Of a DNA stretch of 25,940 nucleotides, positions 23,702 to 25,940 are shown piece after piece. Below the pieces are notes generated by a model. That model saw only the letters and a list, made by a program, of their open reading frames with translations, did not search any database and was not told the DNA's origin. The position numbers and the translations under genes are program-made. Origin of the DNA: Hydrurus foetidus (lineage: Eukaryota); assembly GCA_900617105.1 (NCBI GenBank), contig UYFQ01000327.1, forward strand, positions 62,001-87,940, given 5' to 3'. Position 1 is the stretch's first letter; every line of letters begins with the position of its first letter.

Positions 23702-23908
23702 TGTGACCTTTGAGGGCTAGAAAGAAGGGAAGTCTAAAGGCTAAAAGAACTTGTTAGTTAGGGAGGCAAACAGAAGGTACGCTAGTAACTTCTGCAAAGC
23801 AGCACAAACTAGCTAGTGACTGATAGTCGTGGCTGTGAACACGAAGGTACTAAGGTGGAAACAGCATCTAATCGGCTGAATGGGGTAGCAGACTCTGAGG
23901 GAGCCACA
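23702..23908 (-). mobile_element. 3' LTR (207 bp) of a chromodomain-bearing Gypsy element
   Basis: On the - strand it begins TGTGGC right after the purine run AGGGGTAG and ends GTCACA (TG...CA, 5/6 terminal inverted repeat). Its end coincides exactly with the point where RT homology starts. Confidence 0.75.
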
Positions 23909-23916
23909 CTACCCCT
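23909..23916 (-). other. Polypurine tract (plus-strand primer site)
   Basis: AGGGGTAG abutting the LTR TG, preceded on the - strand by a longer GA-rich stretch. Confidence 0.7.
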
Positions 23917-23939
23917 ACTTATCTCTCGTTTTCTCATTT

Positions 23940-23977
23940 CTCTCTCCCTCTCCCTCCCTCTCTCTCTCTCTCTCTCT
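23940..23977 (+). repeat. (CT)n/(GA)n microsatellite in the element 3' UTR
   Basis: ctctctccctctccctccctctctctctctctctctct. Confidence 0.9.
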
Positions 23978-24288
23978 TGGTGAGTGTCTAGCTACAATGT
24001 GTAACAAAACAAATATGACTCAAGCGTGAGAAAGAAAAATGCAGAAAAAGAGAATGAAAAAGAATACAAAAAAAATACAGAAATAAATACGTACGATAAA
24101 TACAGATATTTGTACATGTGAGAGATGGGGGAAATGAGAAACGAGAGTGCCTAGATGTGTTGTAACTAAGTGTTCCCCTACACATTTTTGTCAGATTTTT
24201 ACTGACTAAACCTCCTGAAAAGCAACGTAACGTTGTAAAAATGAGGAGGAATCTTCAAAAGATAATGTGTAGGTCGTTCCTGGGGAAC

Positions 24289-24812
24289 TTACTTTTCTGT
24301 CGGAATTATTTTCGACATGCCGTGAAGGCGTAAACATGTGTGGAGAGCGTCTGTAAGACGAAGATTCTTCCACGACTCCCACGTATTGTGCGAGTCATCA
24401 AAGTCAGTCCATTTGACTGAAAACCGCATTTGGGTTTTGCGCCTGGAATTGCCTTGGTGCTGAAGAATGGAATCAATAAAGAATTCCATATAATCGCGGC
24501 GTGCTACATCAGCAGGATCCGTATGTTTCGGATTGAAAAATAATTGTTTAACATTACTAATATGAAGATGTTTATGTTTCTTCGTAGTTATATCTAACAA
24601 CGTATAATCAGAGTTGTGGATCGATACCACTTCAAACGGTCCACGCCACAACGTGTGTAAACGTGTGGGCGGCTGTGTGGTGTATCTAGCCAACACATAT
24701 GAACCTACGGGAAAAACCGTTATATCCTGTGGACTTGTGGCAATATGAGCCGCGTCCATTGTGCGCAAAGCAGTTTGTGCTTGGGCAATCAGGGTTGTCA
24801 GACCACTTGATT
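24289..24812 (-). mobile_element. Chromovirus integrase C-terminus: GPY/F module plus chromodomain, 5'-truncated
   Basis: FPVGSYVLARY...RLHTLWRGPFEVV (GPY/F), then EFFIDSILQHQG...MRFSVKWTDFDDSHNTWESWKNL (chromodomain), with the natural stop at 24289-24291. Confidence 0.93.
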
Positions 24813-24859
24813 CTATCAAGATATGTCTGTAGTAATATAGTTGCAAATATAGTTTCAAA

Positions 24860-25340
24860 TATATACATGTACGTTATGCGACACGTACGTACGTAAGTAC
24901 ACATGCAGATATGATAACATGCACACGTACACACGTACTTACACATGTTAGTGTATACTCATTTATGCACACGTACACACATGTACTTACACATGTACGT
25001 ACATAGTCAATATGTATGTACGTACGTGCGTACGCACACACGCATATAGCATAGCGTACACTTGTATGGTCGCATTGTGCGATGCACATCGATAGTCTGA
25101 AATATGCATACGTACCGCACGTACTTACACGTGTATGTACATATATAATATATGGTTGTATGTACGGCTGTAATAGCGTGGTACATAGTATGGGCGTACA
25201 TACGTGAGTGCTGCTATACTGCTGTGTGCATTCTTATACATACAGCATGCGTGCTCCTGTATCGCCATATGGCAGTTAATTCGCTCACGTTCATATGTCA
25301 TATACGCATGCATTGCCCTGTACTATCGCCATGTAATTAG
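24860..25340. repeat. Low-complexity alternating purine-pyrimidine tract (TACG/TACA/CACG) with internal ~30-bp direct repeats
   Basis: ATGCACACGTACACAC(AT)GTACTTACACATGT at 24919-24948 and 24965-24996, a partial third copy at 25117-25134, and many TACGTA/TACATGTA palindromes. Confidence 0.85.
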
Positions 25341-25766
25341 TACGAACCATCTGACCTCACGCAAATGAACGTTCGCCTTTCATGATTCTTCAGTATCGCC
25401 AAAACACTTCGTTACTATAAGCATTCATGCAACGTTCCTCAAGCACATGCTATGCACAACACATCTCGCTGTGAACTTTGTCTCAAGGTAGTTTCACTGT
25501 CATGAACTGTTCCGATAGCTCTTTTGCGTGGCTATCTGTAAACTCTAATCAGAATTTAATACGTTGTACTTCACAGCATCGTCTACTCGATAGCTCACTG
25601 AATTGAGACAGTAGCCTGCAGCTGCTTCTCCACCTTCGCTGCGAACGCTAGAAGGTGACATCTTGTATTTAGTCTTACATGGTAGCGATTGTTTATAGTG
25701 ATTAAACGATTGCCGTGGATTCCAGGATTCTGAATTTCCTTCCTCAACTTTCAGAGCCCCGCAATC

Positions 25767-25940
25767 ATGAGTGACAATGGATCTGAAGACGAGATAGATA
25801 TGTCCAGCACAGACTCTCCTCCGGCTCTTGCCGATCTCCTTCACAATCCGTTCGGAACTCTGATCGAAGCAACTCAACCCCTCTTCACTGGTCGAGTTAC
25901 AAGATCTAGGACGGGAGCAATTCCTCCTTTAGAAATCCAG
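25767..25940 (+). CDS. Possible 5' end of an unidentified gene or TE ORF running off the window
   Basis: ATG in gcaatcATG context (compare gcatcATG at ECM29), then 58 open codons to the edge: MSDNGSEDEIDMSSTDSPPALADLLHNPFGTLIEATQPLFTGRVTRSRTGAIPPLEIQ. No recognisable domain. Confidence 0.4.
   Translation, partial: MSDNGSEDEIDMSSTDSPPALADLLHNPFGTLIEATQPLFTGRVTRSRTGAIPPLEIQ

Noticed and set aside
24919..25134. CRISPR-like repeat-spacer pattern
   Set aside because: Only two near-complete copies, irregular spacing, low-complexity spacers, eukaryotic context and no cas genes.
24686..25340. Several Cys/Tyr/His/Val-rich short ORFs, also at 7201-7622
   Set aside because: They are translation artefacts of RY microsatellite-like sequence.
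25545..25877. 110-aa minus-strand ORF
   Set aside because: It has a non-ATG start and no domain, and overlaps the more plausible + strand ORF at 25767.

Overview
Eukaryotic nuclear DNA with short GT-AG introns and the standard code; it looks like a protist, possibly a stramenopile, but that is inference only. Positions 1-19159 hold three co-oriented + strand intron-containing genes that I spliced by hand into uninterrupted frames. They are the 3' part of a giant FN3-SPRY-HECT E3 ubiquitin ligase (5 exons in window, 2119 aa, 5' end outside the window), an unusually long ECM29 proteasome adaptor (8 exons, about 2506 aa) and an RCC2/TD-60 homologue (3 exons, 503 aa). From about 19.9 kb the window is decayed Ty3/Gypsy DNA. 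It contains a stop-riddled gag-like ORF on +, an RT-end/RNase H/integrase pseudogene on -, a 207-bp LTR with polypurine tract, and an integrase-C/chromodomain fragment on -. An alternating purine-pyrimidine tract and an ORF that runs off the right edge follow. The most unusual structure is that the two minus-strand pol pieces are in circularly permuted order, with the LTR end joined directly into RT. This is what an integrated autointegration circle would look like, although nested insertion is an equally viable explanation. I see no clear evidence of a wholly new biological system.
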